A DNA stretch of 64,000 bases, taken from Styela clava. Its lineage: Eukaryota. The DNA lies in NCBI RefSeq assembly GCF_964204865.1, contig NC_135253.1, positions 15,686,001 to 15,750,000 of the forward strand, in the 5' to 3' direction. Shown one piece after another: positions 1-11,429 of this stretch; the first letter of the stretch is position 1; each line of letters opens with the position of its first letter. The notes beneath the pieces were generated by a model, which was not told the DNA's origin, ran no database searches, and saw nothing but the letters and a program-made list of their open reading frames with translations. The position numbers were made by a program, and so were the translations under genes.

Positions 1-699
1 ACAATTTTCAATGGAACTAATAAGAAAGCAAATTCTATTCGCCGCTTCTTACAGCAATAAATTCTAAAAAAATCTATTCTAGCCAACGATTAACAAGGCT
101 ATGATAATTGCGTATTTGATAACAATACAAAATCTCGTTTCAATAAGTTTGAAAAGCGAACAACAAAATAACACGGTGTATTTTTGACTGACGCTGAAAC
201 GGGTGCAAGGAAAATAATGAAAACCTTGACTAACTGGTATGTACGAGAAACGTACGAGACGTACATTTGCCTCTTGGAAAGTTATTTGTTTTCCGCAAAG
301 AAACTCGACAAAAGTTTAGAAAATAACATATCATGCGCTTGTTTTAATGTCCTATTGATCAAGCATATCCCACTGATAAAATTTCAGATATGCTTCGTTT
401 GTGCGTTTGGTATGAAATGTTTCCTGAAATGCGCGTATCCGATTTTATGATACTATTCCACTCACAGGAAGCTAAACTCCTCAGTACCGGAACTTCAATT
501 TTTCAGGAAATGTGAAAATCTAGTAAAATTGAAGCTCGGTAATTTGAGTAAATGAGTTTGAGTAAATATTAACCGCGTATTATATTTCGCTATGTATATG
601 ATGGCCTATCATTTATTTATTTTATTTCATCAGCTTAAGTTTTCTGAAAAATATAATTAAATAAATCTTTTCGATAAGTTTCTTTTCGTCGGTTATGAG

Positions 700-1087
700 C
701 TGAGCTGGATTTACCATTGGTCATGGTATGCTAAAGCCTAGTTGCCTCGAAATTCAATTAACTATTCATGTTTAGTCGTTTTTTAATTATAAAGGCTTGT
801 TTCAGAATAAATCAAGTTTAAAATTTTCTGAAAAATGATAATTTTTCAATTAGATTGAGATTTCTTGTTCCAAATATTATATTATATATAAATACGGTCG
901 AATAAACGAATTTGTCAAAGTACTCTACCCATCAAACCTTGAGAACAAAGTATGCTAGTTTAAATTAATTAATCAGTTGATACTGTAATAATGTCTTCAT
1001 TTTTTTAAATAAAAAGAAAATATCGATATATCACTATACTGATTCATTCAAGCAGAACGGGCTTGACAAAGCCTAAATCCGACCCAG
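700..1087. mobile_element. Degenerate hAT-type MITE
   Basis: Imperfect TIRs ctgagctggattt / aaatccgacccag; 8-bp TSD gttatgag/gctatgag (perfect gttatgag in copy 2). Present in all three units. Confidence 0.6.
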
Positions 1088-2870
1088 GCTATGAGACACG
1101 ATACGCAGCAACAATGTTTTACCTGTATTATATATTTTTTTCTGTTATAGCTGCAGATACGGAATTTGTTGTTTGGGGCGACTTTCTGCACCCCTAGAGG
1201 GGGAGGGGTCAGTTCACAATTCAAAAGCGGAGTTCCTAATCATACTTTGAAATGTTCTTCCGCGACATATAGAAAACAAAAATCACTTTCATTCTGAGAT
1301 GTCAGGAGATGTAACAAAACAATTTAGTGAAAACTTACGCATTTTATTAAAAGGGTGCTAGAAATAAAGTGCGTTGAAAAAGCGAAAATACGAATAGTTC
1401 TGGCAATCCTTGTTTAGCCGATCCCCGATGTTAGAATAGGACATTTGTTAATGCAGCGGTTTGCAGCAGTGTATTTAAGTATTGATAGCCGTAATTATAT
1501 GACGTAATAGTTAGAATTGTTTTGGTAGAAAGTTCAAGGATATCTGTCATTTCCTGTTGTCTGCTTAGGGCACGAGTTTAGAGCGTTAGTGTTGTTCCTG
1601 TGCATATTTTAGGCTTGGCTTGATTAAGATTATTTTAGAGCCTAATTTGCTGTTTTGAATTAATATGTAGAATTATAAAGGTAGGATATGTGCTGGTATT
1701 GAGCTTGGTTGTATATTGTTTCGATGAAAATGTAATTGTGATTTCTATTTAAACGGTTTCTTTTTCTGTATTAATATAATATTCTGACAAAGAAGCACTG
1801 AATTCAATTCAGTTACCGCAGTTTCGAAAGTATGATTATCACTTTAATTGGAAGGCAATACATATATATCGTTATGTTATTTATTAATTTCATGGACTCG
1901 TCCTGTGTACAGGTGTATGATTGTTATTTCATGCATTTTTTTTTTTTTTGAATTATTAAAAGTTTCGGAACACGAGTATTAACTGCATTGAATTGGAACA
2001 TAATACTATATCAGTCTGAAGATTTGAAGATAACTCCGAATTTAGTCGTTCACACAATTTCTTTTTACTGTGTGACGGGGATTAATTTTAACAAAAACTA
2101 TTCAGGGCTGCTTACATAATCCATTTGAGCTTGCAATTCTCATTTATTGGCTAGCAAAAATTATAGCTCATTTTTTTTATAAAAATAGTTGTTTCGTGCA
2201 TTGAATATTGTAATAAATAAGTCTATGCTATTACAGTAGCTATACTATTTCAAAATCCCACATAGCCATACTAAACAACAAATCTTCTGATAGAATTCCG
2301 AACATAGATGTCTTAAGTAGCGTTTTAAAATGATCAATATCAAATCGCAATATGTCAAAAACAAACAAAAAATGACAGAGCTTAAATAGATTCGAATACA
2401 CTTATTGACTGCAAGTGTAACCAACGCATGGCCCATTGGTCGGATCCGGTCGGTAAGGCTGCCTCTGATAGAATTTAATTTTCTACATGAGAATGACATC
2501 CAAATTTTGGCTGTTGTCTTGTGACACAAAAAACACAGTGAATCATGACCATTTATATTTTTCGATTTGATTTATTAGCAGTTCTTATTCAATTCGGTAA
2601 AAACAATAGTGGTTTTATGATGACCAGTATAGAAGCTATCTTAAAATAAAAACACAGAATCACCACACGAAATCGAAATTACAAAGGTTAGAAACTGGTT
2701 AATGTGAAAAAATTTGAGGAGATTTCCCAAGTTAAGTGTTTGCACCCAGGGCTGCCGCAATCTGCAAAGTTTGAAAACAAAACTTTCTAATATTTAGGTC
2801 GTTTTAGGTTGTTGGTTCTGTGTGCTGAAATAGTAGAAATTTAACAAGTGATACTTATTAGAATCAGACC

Positions 2871-5158
2871 ATGCATATCACTACCTGCGAAATGCACACA
2901 TGCGGCGAGCCGTTGAGAATCATTGAAACTGGATTTCCAAATATCTCGGGGGAAACAATCTTGGAAAAGATCGCTTACATACGAGAAAATTGCGATGATA
3001 TAAGGAAGTATGTATTTCTGAAATTGCAAAGTTTTTCATATAACTTTTTCTCACAAGGTTAAACTACTAGAGAAACATAAGAACATTACAATGAGGCTAG
3101 AATCCAATAGTCATGTATTCATTTCTCCCTTCCCTTCTATAGGATATCATCTTGTGGAGTATGCGCACCAAGATGTCGCATAGCCTGAACCCTAACTTGG
3201 TACACAATCTGAATTCAGGTTGTGTGTCATCTTGGTGCGCATACTCCAGGAGGTCCCATCTTGTTTTATACTAAATAAACATTTAGTACTGCCAGATTGT
3301 AGTTGGTATATTTGGCTTTGGTGGAATTTAAAGTTGTAGTTAAACCTAATGCAAAAAATGTCATATTTCTGGAATTTATTTAAGGTTTTTGATGCATGAG
3401 CCTCGTGGACATCATGATATGTTTGGAACATTAAGAGTTGAACCAGATTTACCAAATGCAGATGCAGCATTTATATTTATGCACAATGAAGGATATGGTA
3501 CAATGTGTGGACATGCCATCATCGCCTTGGGAAGGTAGAATGTTATGATTAACAGTTTTGTATATTTTTAAAGTACACACATATGCTTGTTTCATGTATA
3601 TTTTTGTTCATTTTCACACCTGATAATTTTGGTAGAAATAGTAGTTCAGCTTGCGTGTGTGACAAAATAAATTAGTATTTTTGGAATTGGCTTATGAGGT
3701 AGGTTTTTCATCTTTTCTGTGTTTGCTGAGATAATAACCAATGTTTTCAGATACTGCGTTGATTACAATATAGTTGAAGCAAAAGAGCCAGAAACCTTGG
3801 TCAATATTCAATGTCCATGCGGGCTTATTCCAACCTATGTTTCGTATGGTAATGGTTTATCTGGGAGAGTGAGGTTTCAAAGTGTGCCATCATTTGTTTT
3901 GAAAATGGGTAAGAAGAAAATGCTGGTGTGATTTTTTTTTGTTATTCAATATGTTACTGTATACAATGTTGGGTAGACCATAGAGTCTCAGCTCAAGTCT
4001 CTTAAACGCTCGTCTGTACATACCAAGGACGAGCACAATGCTATACAACACATTACATTGTACACATACCTAGATGTTAGAATATGTAATATATATAAAT
4101 GGAAATCTCAATATAAAGCAGTTTTTGTGCATACCTATTTGAACAACAACATTGTCATTTTCAGATGTCAATGTGAATGTACCAAACATTGGTATGATCA
4201 CTGTAGACATATCTTATGGAGGAGTATTCTATGCCTTTGTTTCTACTGACGCACTCGGTTTGACACTCAAGGCTGGTGATGCATTGAAGGCCGTGGAAAT
4301 TGGGCAAGCTGTATTGAATGCCACTAAAAAGATTGTAAGACATACCGGTAACTGTTTGAAGCATTTAAAAATTGCCAAACTTAGATATGAAGGGATTACC
4401 TCAAATCAAACTCATATTCACAAAAAAGCCTGTAAATCGGTATTTAGGAAGGACAAGTTTTACGGAACAGGGTAACAGTATAATTAATTACCAATACAAA
4501 AAAGTTTCCGCCATCGTCCTACATTATTTCACATCTTAGTTTTGTAAAACTGCTAATAATGCACAAACATCATAGGTTAAGGTTGAACACCCGGAAAATG
4601 AAGATCTTGGTTTCCTATATGGCACTATAATATATGACAGAACAGAATTAAAATCAAATGATTTGATTCGACAAATGATAGTGTTTGCGGATCGTGAGGT
4701 ATGTAAAATTACACCTTGAATATATATTACTATCAACAACTATTTTCTGGTCTCTTTTATTTAGCAGTTACATTGAAATTGGTGATTTATTTTTTTAAGT
4801 TGGATAGAAGCCCATGTGGTTCAGGAACAGCAGCTCATATTGCTCTGATACACGCAAAAGGTCTACTGGATGTTAATTGTCAAAAAACATTTCAGAGTAT
4901 CGTCAATGATTCAAAGTAAGTACTCTGATGTCTAAAAAGTTATGGAGTGTCCAATTGGTTCTCAATAACTCTTACAATCACTAGCTCATATACGTTTAAA
5001 TTTTTCCAAGGTTTACTGGAAAGGTTGTCAAAAAAGCCAAATGCGGAAACTTCAAAGCTGTCATAGCAGAAGTGTCTGGGAATGCCTATTACACAGGCAA
5101 AAATTTGTTTACATCAGAGGATAAAGACCCCTTAAAGGCTGGTTTCACCGTCCGATGA
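2871..5158 (+). CDS. L3HYPDH: Proline racemase family protein (trans-3-hydroxy-L-proline dehydratase/L3HYPDH lineage) with Cys/Cys active site; 7 exons, 333 aa, intact
   Basis: Exons 2871-3007, 3385-3534, 3751-3908, 4165-4334, 4576-4698, 4800-4915, 5011-5158; all introns GT-AG, phases consistent, total 1002 nt. Motifs MHTCGEPLRII, EPRGHHDMFG, HNEGYGTMCGH, CPCG, DISYGGVFY, HPENEDLGFLYGTI, DRSPCGSG, EVSGNAYYTG, EDKDPLKAGF are colinear with human L3HYPDH. Confidence 0.93.
3155..3248. repeat. Short palindromic (hairpin/MITE-like) element in racemase intron 1
   Basis: tggagtatgcgcaccaagatg...cctgaa pairs with ttcagg...catcttggtgcgcatactcca; a related palindrome lies at about 47240-47315. Confidence 0.75.
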
Positions 5159-5413
5159 TCAGTTGCAAAATTACCTTCAGCAAAAGTGAAAAAATGTATC
5201 CGTCAGACAAGGGTTCTGCACCTCACATATATATCTCTCACGAAGAAAATTGCTGCTTCTCATTACAGCTGCTAAAATTTACATTTCAATATACATGAAA
5301 ATATCTTGTGTATTCTATCATCGAAGTTACAATATAGAATTAAGACTAAAATAAGGTGACTGCTTAGTTGCTACTTTTTGTATCCTCGATTTGGCGTGGG
5401 GGCTGTTCACGCT

Positions 5414-5821
5414 TAGGGCTGGGCATTTCGAATCGAATATTCGAATCGAATAGTAAATTATTCGAATCGGTTCAGAGCTAAATTTCGAGTCGCCGCCATC
5501 TTGTTTTTATCTTTCCGCTAATGGTCGAGGTGAATTCATAATTTTTTTTTTCATTGGAGTCATATTTTTTCAACGAAATTCTAACATATGACTATTTTCT
5601 GTAGTGAGTTATTGATAAAACGTGTTTGTTATTCTGTGTGAACGCTCAGTAATCTATCTGAGTGATTTATTCTATGTCTTCAGTAATTCATTTGTTGAGA
5701 GAACCAATTACTATAATAAAGTCGCTCACAATTATATATTTTCAAGTATTCAAGATTCGATTAGAAAAAATTATTCGATTCGATTCTGAAATCACAAGGT
5801 ATTCTAAAATGCCCAGCTCTG
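5414..5821 (+). mobile_element. hAT-type MITE (family A; TIR tagggctgggcat, internal tcgaa repeats)
   Basis: TIRs tagggctgggcat / atgcccagctctg; degenerate 8-bp TSD ttcacgct/ttcacgag; same family as 13211-13611. Copies at 27547-27954 and 53502-53909. Confidence 0.8.
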
Positions 5822-7644
5822 TTCACGAGAGCAGAGCAGAGTTCTTTATCATACCTTGGAATGTTCTTTCGAAACATATAAAAAGTAAAAATCGCTTTTA
5901 TTCCGAGAAGTCATGAAATGGAATAAAATAATTTTAATGAAAATTTACACATATACTTATATATAAATTAAAAAGATGCTAGAAATAAAAGCGCATTAAA
6001 AAAAGCCAAGCCTTGTCTAGCCAATACCGGGTGTTAGATCAGACCCTCTGATTGAAGATAACTGGGAATTAAGTCGTCCGGACAATTTATTTGAATTTTT
6101 GCCTCGTGGAATGTCACAAATTGAAAGAAAAAATATTAAAAATTGACCCTGATGTTTTTGTAGACATTTTAACATTACAGGAAGTGAGCAAGAATCTTAC
6201 ACTTGGAGGTCAGAAAGAGTTGTTAGTGTAAGTAATGTATAAAGTAAATAACATACATGTTATTATGCTGAGAAATGCTTCTTCTGTACAGAAATATTGA
6301 TAATTTAAGAAGGATTAATTAATAGCGATATAGTGATCATCTTTGGTTTCAGAAGTCTGTTATGGGCTTTGAATTTATATGTCATATAAAAAATTAATAC
6401 TATCAACCTAAGTCGCATTTTAATAAAAAACACAATTACAAAAACCGACTTTGTCTATAATTTGTGGTACATTGCAAATAATGTATGCTCATTTGAATAT
6501 AGTCCATGAATGTTATCAATAAAGTGATTTTATATAGTCTCAGAGAGGCGACATTTTTAGAAATGGAACAGAGTATGGAGTGGTTTTTCTTCTCACGGGA
6601 TTTGAGGAATTTGAATATCAAACTGAACAGGTATGTTGCTTATATAACTATATATGTACCATCGATGGTACTTTTTGTATACGATTTTTGCTTAGAAATG
6701 CATGTTGTTAATAAAGCTATATAAAGTTGAAAGAATGTTTGCAAGCGTCTATTCCACATATTTATAACTTTTTTTCAACTGTTTCTTTAAACTCAGAATT
6801 GGATCGCCCGTGAACTGATGGAATATAGCACTGCCATTTTGTGTCCAAATATTTGTCATTCGATCGTGGAACTAAATAAAGTTATGGAAATTATGTCAAG
6901 GCCCAAACATATGGAAAAATACGTTGACGATTCGGATGCTGGTCTCATCAGGAATGCTCTGATTAAATATCGAACTCTAGAACAGGCAAATATCTCAATG
7001 TTCAAAATATATGACGAAACTCAGTCTTCGGAGTTATTTTCATGTGATGCGTTGATGTATTATATATTCAATGTTTAAATTGTTGATCATTTATTAATAG
7101 GGCCAATTCCAACAACGCAGTTATTGAAACGTTGCATCGTTCATAATATCTTTTAATTGATTACATTTTATTTTCAGGGCAATGTAGGAGACATGACTGC
7201 AAAACTGCGAATCACGAATCCCCACGAAAACGTGTTAAAAGATCAGAGAGAGGGCGGAGGTGAAACTTTTTGTTTAAAACAATGCAAATGAATTTTGAAA
7301 AAATTGTATAAACCTTTGACTGCTCATTGAAGTAAAGCATTGCAAAAAAACGGGAATTTTCCATTGGCTCAATTGTTTATAGAACCTAAAATTCTGTGAA
7401 GTCTAGTTATTTCCATATATGAAGAATGGTCAACATGTGCATGTTGACAATGTGAGTGATATAATAAGTTATTACATAGCAAATTGCATTCAAGAATTTA
7501 GTTCTTTAATCTGGTTTTCAGTAAAATACTTTCGCGAAGACGTTAAGAATATGCTGAAGAAATTGCAAGGCACGCAACAAAGGTATTTTTAGTATAACTA
7601 GATTTGAACATTACTCTTGTCTTGAATATTTTACCAGAATGTCT

Positions 7645-8026
7645 CTTTGGGGGTCCATGATGACTGCACAGGGGCTCCGCAACGAAATGCAAAGGCTCTG
7701 ATCGATCCCTAATGATTGATATCAATCAAAAGGCCGTTGCATCTTATTGGTTGAGTGTTGACTAATATCCATTGCTGTCAGAAAAGGCAATTACAATTTT
7801 ATTGACTTATGCAACGATCTACATGTGGGAATATTCATTTTCAGCTTTACCCATATGATGACAAAATACAGGTCAAGACTTGCCGTGGACTCGGACCTAC
7901 GAGTTTGCTTGTCACAATGTCGTTTGTGTTGTAAATGAAATATTATCCTTCCCCGTTGGTGTGGCACAGAAATTGATACGGCTTAGGATTGGGGTCCCCG
8001 CGGCCTAATAAGTTTGGGAAGCCCTG
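7645..8026 (+). mobile_element. Non-autonomous hAT (Buster/Charlie-like) remnant with decayed C-terminal dimerization domain
   Basis: Decayed YPLLSEKAITILLTYATIYM..FS...KYRSRL coding remnant; terminal gtttgggaagccctg; inverted relative of 16595-16966. Confidence 0.7.
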
Positions 8027-8399
8027 TATTTGACAATAACATTTAACAGATTATAATGCAGCAGCACTTAGTGAAATAACAAAAAGATTGTGTTTTATTC
8101 GAGGGGCCAATATATTCTCGTGGATCATATCAAACCAGTTATTGGAAAAAACGTTATGATTTTTTCGGATGAAAATCCAGATCTTACTGTTGTAAACACC
8201 GTCACAGAAATTTCTTCATTCGGAGCCTTCCTCACGTAAGTTTTTAATATTTAAAAAAAACTTTTAATGTTTCCATGATATGTTATGTTTACCTGTAAAA
8301 AAGCTCTAGCTATGGAAGCTGTGCGGCATACTTATACGAAATATATAAATTTTCCGATCATATTATGGTCATAAAGGGGACTTATTTCAGTATATAGAG

Positions 8400-9057
8400 C
8401 AGAGGTGGGCACAATTTTTTAGTATAGGAGCCGCATGCTGCAAGTCAGAACTTTAAAAGAGCCGCAAAATTGGGGAATTTATTATTATTATCAAAATTCC
8501 ATGAACAGATAAAAAATTAACACGAGAGTCTAATAACAATAAATAGATAAACAAGGCAACTATGCTCAAATATATGCACAATTTGAGCTCATTTAATTTG
8601 TGTTTCCTTATAGCTGATTTACAAGGGTAGTCTCGTAAGAAGTTTTCATGATTCGTTTCATGGTGCCGTTTAACATTGCTGACTTTATTCTGACTTAGTA
8701 GCTTATGGCAGATTAAGCACAATGGTTTATTCTCCTGACTGGTAAATGAGTATTCTTCTTTCCATTCTGACTTGACAACTCTGTTTTCCTCTTCGTACTT
8801 TCGTTTCTTAATTTAGGATATGCACAGTAACTTAGAGTTAGACTAACTAACTGCAATCAAGCTGCAATACCACCGACGCATCAATAAACATTGACCATCG
8901 TGACGAAAGATTTGCTGACTTGCCTGACTTAAATTCAACGCTACAGCGATTTTCATACTGAAACATAATTTGTCTTAATCATTCACAAAAACTTCTTTAC
9001 AATAAATTAAAAGAGTTTACATTAAAGCCGCCGCGAGCCGCGGTGTGCCCACCACTG
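8400..9057 (-). mobile_element. Buster/GTF2IRD2-type hAT deletion derivative carrying a transposase N-terminal zinc-finger remnant
   Basis: TIRs cagaggtgggcac / gtgcccaccactg; perfect 8-bp TSD atatagag; empty site in the paralogous intron near 11610; minus-strand KRKYEEENRVVKSEW..KPLCLICHKLLSQNKVSNVKRHHETNH. Copies at 30506-31163 and 56488-57146. Confidence 0.9.
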
Positions 9058-9352
9058 ATATAGAGCATAGATAGGTCGTGGAGCTCACTAATTTGTATTT
9101 GATTTTTTTCTTTTGCAGTAAAGGAAAAAATATCATAATAAACGAATGCTTTGGAAACATTTCCAGGACGAAGAACTATGGAATTGACGCAATCAGCACA
9201 TCTAAAGGCAATTTTGCCTTAGATCTCATATTGACGACATGAAATCCGCGTATCAGTTTATATTGGAAGTCAATAACTACCGATTGACGTTGGCAGCTGC
9301 ATAATACATTACTAATATTAATTATTATTAGAATATATAGGACACAATATTT

Positions 9353-10236
9353 CAGTGGTTCCCAACCTTTCTACCTCCACGGCAGATTTGTCCTTGCAGA
9401 CCGGCAAATAAATGAAACATAACATAATCACCTGTGTTTGAGTAACTGTAGTTGAGTAACAATATTTTGGCACATAATACAACAAAATATAATAGAACAC
9501 CAAAATCATCTCAAACAACAAACGACCAATTAAACGCATATAAACACTTTTATTTTAACGCAAAAAATCTTTCACGCATTAACGCAACACACGAAGTGAA
9601 TAATTCATTCTTTTCTTTGGAGCACTCATCGCTTTTTTAAATTTGTGAAGTTTCGCGTTATTCACCCATTAACTTGTTAGGTATTCTTATTTTACATTTA
9701 CATGGCATTTTCCACGTATTTTGGTGTGAAAAGAACCATCATGCGATACAGTTTATTGCGACCAAACACAAATCTGGGTCGAACATTTATCCTTAAATAA
9801 TTTGACAGTATTTTCCGATGTCAATTTTAAGCAATATTCATTGGAAGTATAAACTTTGTAGCGAGTAACATTCTGTCTATTTTATTATTGAAATACTATT
9901 ATACTCTGTGACATTGTTTACTTTTGTGTGGGACGATGTAAACTATTGCTTATTGTAAACTATATGTGAAAATTTAAGTATGTATTTTGCGAATTTGTGA
10001 AAATTAACAAAACGATTTCGCGACGGATTGAACCTTAAAATTGTGATTCCACGTTGGCCAATACAACACCGAGCAATCAATACCATGCTTGTCAAACATC
10101 CATTTTAACGGCGGACGACAAATCGCCAAATAAACCGATGTTACTCCATCTGTTTTGCATTCAATCGGTTACACTGACAGAAAAATAAAACAAACAACAA
10201 CATTTCTCAATTTAGCCGAACGGTCGGGAACCACCG
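9353..10236. mobile_element. Charlie/Buster-like hAT MITE
   Basis: TIRs cagtggttcccaacc / ggtcgggaaccaccg; degenerate TSD caatattt/ccatatat. Copies at 31459-32340 and 57442-58323. Confidence 0.7.
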
Positions 10237-11429
10237 CCATATATGAATATTACTTACTTTTCACATTATATTAATCGAGAATCAACAGTTTTTACCTAAG
10301 TCATTATATCAGAAAGTAAACTCGATAAAGTTGTTTGTGAAGATAAATTAGAATTTTGTTATATATATATCCTACTAAGGCTAGTTTCAGTGTCGATTTA
10401 TGCATTTGTAAATATTTACCATACAAAATGTATAACTAATAAATGTCTAATCAAGTCAGAATGATGTTTTTCCTTTTCTATATTAATTCTTGTATTTGCA
10501 AATCAACTAAACAAAAAAGCAATGCTCAAATACATATAGGCACAAAAGTCAAATCACTACGCCAAAAATACTATCTTAGAATGAAATTATCTTGTTTTCA
10601 ACGCCGTTCTCAGTAATGTCCTTGTTCCACAGAGACAAATATTACATTTGTTTCATATTTCTGAATGTCGCTACAGTCTTGTTGTAGGAAAAAGATATAA
10701 TTCCGCGTGACATTTATCTTAACCATGCAACATCAAATTTACTTAGTGAGACATTTATTACGTACCTAACCATTTTTTGTTCTTGCTAAAGAAATTGAAA
10801 TAAGTACAATCTGCCATATTTCAGTCAAGAAATACTGACTTCCACAACAAGTTAGGAAGCGTCTGAAATGATTCGATGTGACGATAGTATAAGGCGAAAT
10901 TGCTTACTGTCCTTCCTTTCTTTTTTGTTGTCATATTCCTGTTTCCCCAATATGCATGTAAATTCAATAACCTTTGACAAATAATGACGGAAAATGACAA
11001 AGTTTATTGTGAAATATATAGTTAATTTGAAAATAAAATAAAATTAGAATACTTTTGGCGACTTCTTACGTCTATGACCACTGAAAATGTAAAATTGATT
11101 GGTTCATTAGCTGTGGTGAAACCCGCAACCTTCTCGTCATTCAAAATGTCGCTCCAGCAGCAAAACTGTACACTTTTACAAAAACATACATATGAACTTT
11201 CGTGTCCAATAAATGCATGAAGAATAGGAAAAATCAAAATATGATTGTTTCTGATGGTACCAATAGCCAGATCAAGCATTTCGTATTTATGATACTCAAC
11301 CACGACAAAACGTGTAATAAAGAATGACAATGGCAATCGAAAATTGAATTTTTGTTTGTAAATCTTGTGGTTTTTGGGTTATATAATTATTATGCAGTCG
11401 CCAACGTCAATCGATAGGTCCTAAATCGA

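Larger units (their letters stand above)
6093..9242 (+). pseudogene. 5'-truncated glutathione-synthetase-like paralog (3' end of exon 4 plus exons 5-10), inverted relative to the full gene
   Basis: Exons match the minus-strand gene (..ECHKLKEKILKIDPDVFVD..; NGTEYGVVFL; WIARELMEYSTAILCP; VLKDQREGG; GQYILVDHIKP; SRTKNYG..DLILTT*). No exons 1-3 or start codon upstream; the exon-6 donor is GC. Confidence 0.85.

Noticed and set aside
184-2529. Short ORFs 184-450 and 2245-2529 (and similar 60-100 aa ORFs recurring in each unit)
   Set aside because: Non-ATG starts or no motifs; recurrence only reflects the duplication; 184-450 has a stop in copy 3. Many others are antisense shadows of real exons.
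2871-5158. Recent horizontal transfer of a bacterial proline racemase
   Set aside because: Six spliceosomal introns, host-like AT content and L3HYPDH-type motifs (HNEGY, CPCG, EDLGFLYGTI, CGNFKAVI) point to the animal lineage.
5425-5470. tcgaa/ttcga short repeats as a CRISPR-like or heat-shock-element array
   Set aside because: These are subterminal repeats of a TIR/TSD-bounded MITE; there is no repeat-spacer structure and the DNA is eukaryotic.
5156-6230. Racemase-ligase fusion by stop read-through or splicing
   Set aside because: There is a normal C-terminus and TGA, then about 930 bp of non-coding/MITE sequence, and no convincing acceptor before the truncated exon.
10240-11390. A gene in the spacer between the inverted GSS arms (ORF 11022-11336)
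   Set aside because: No recognisable domain; the ORF is frameshifted in copy 2.
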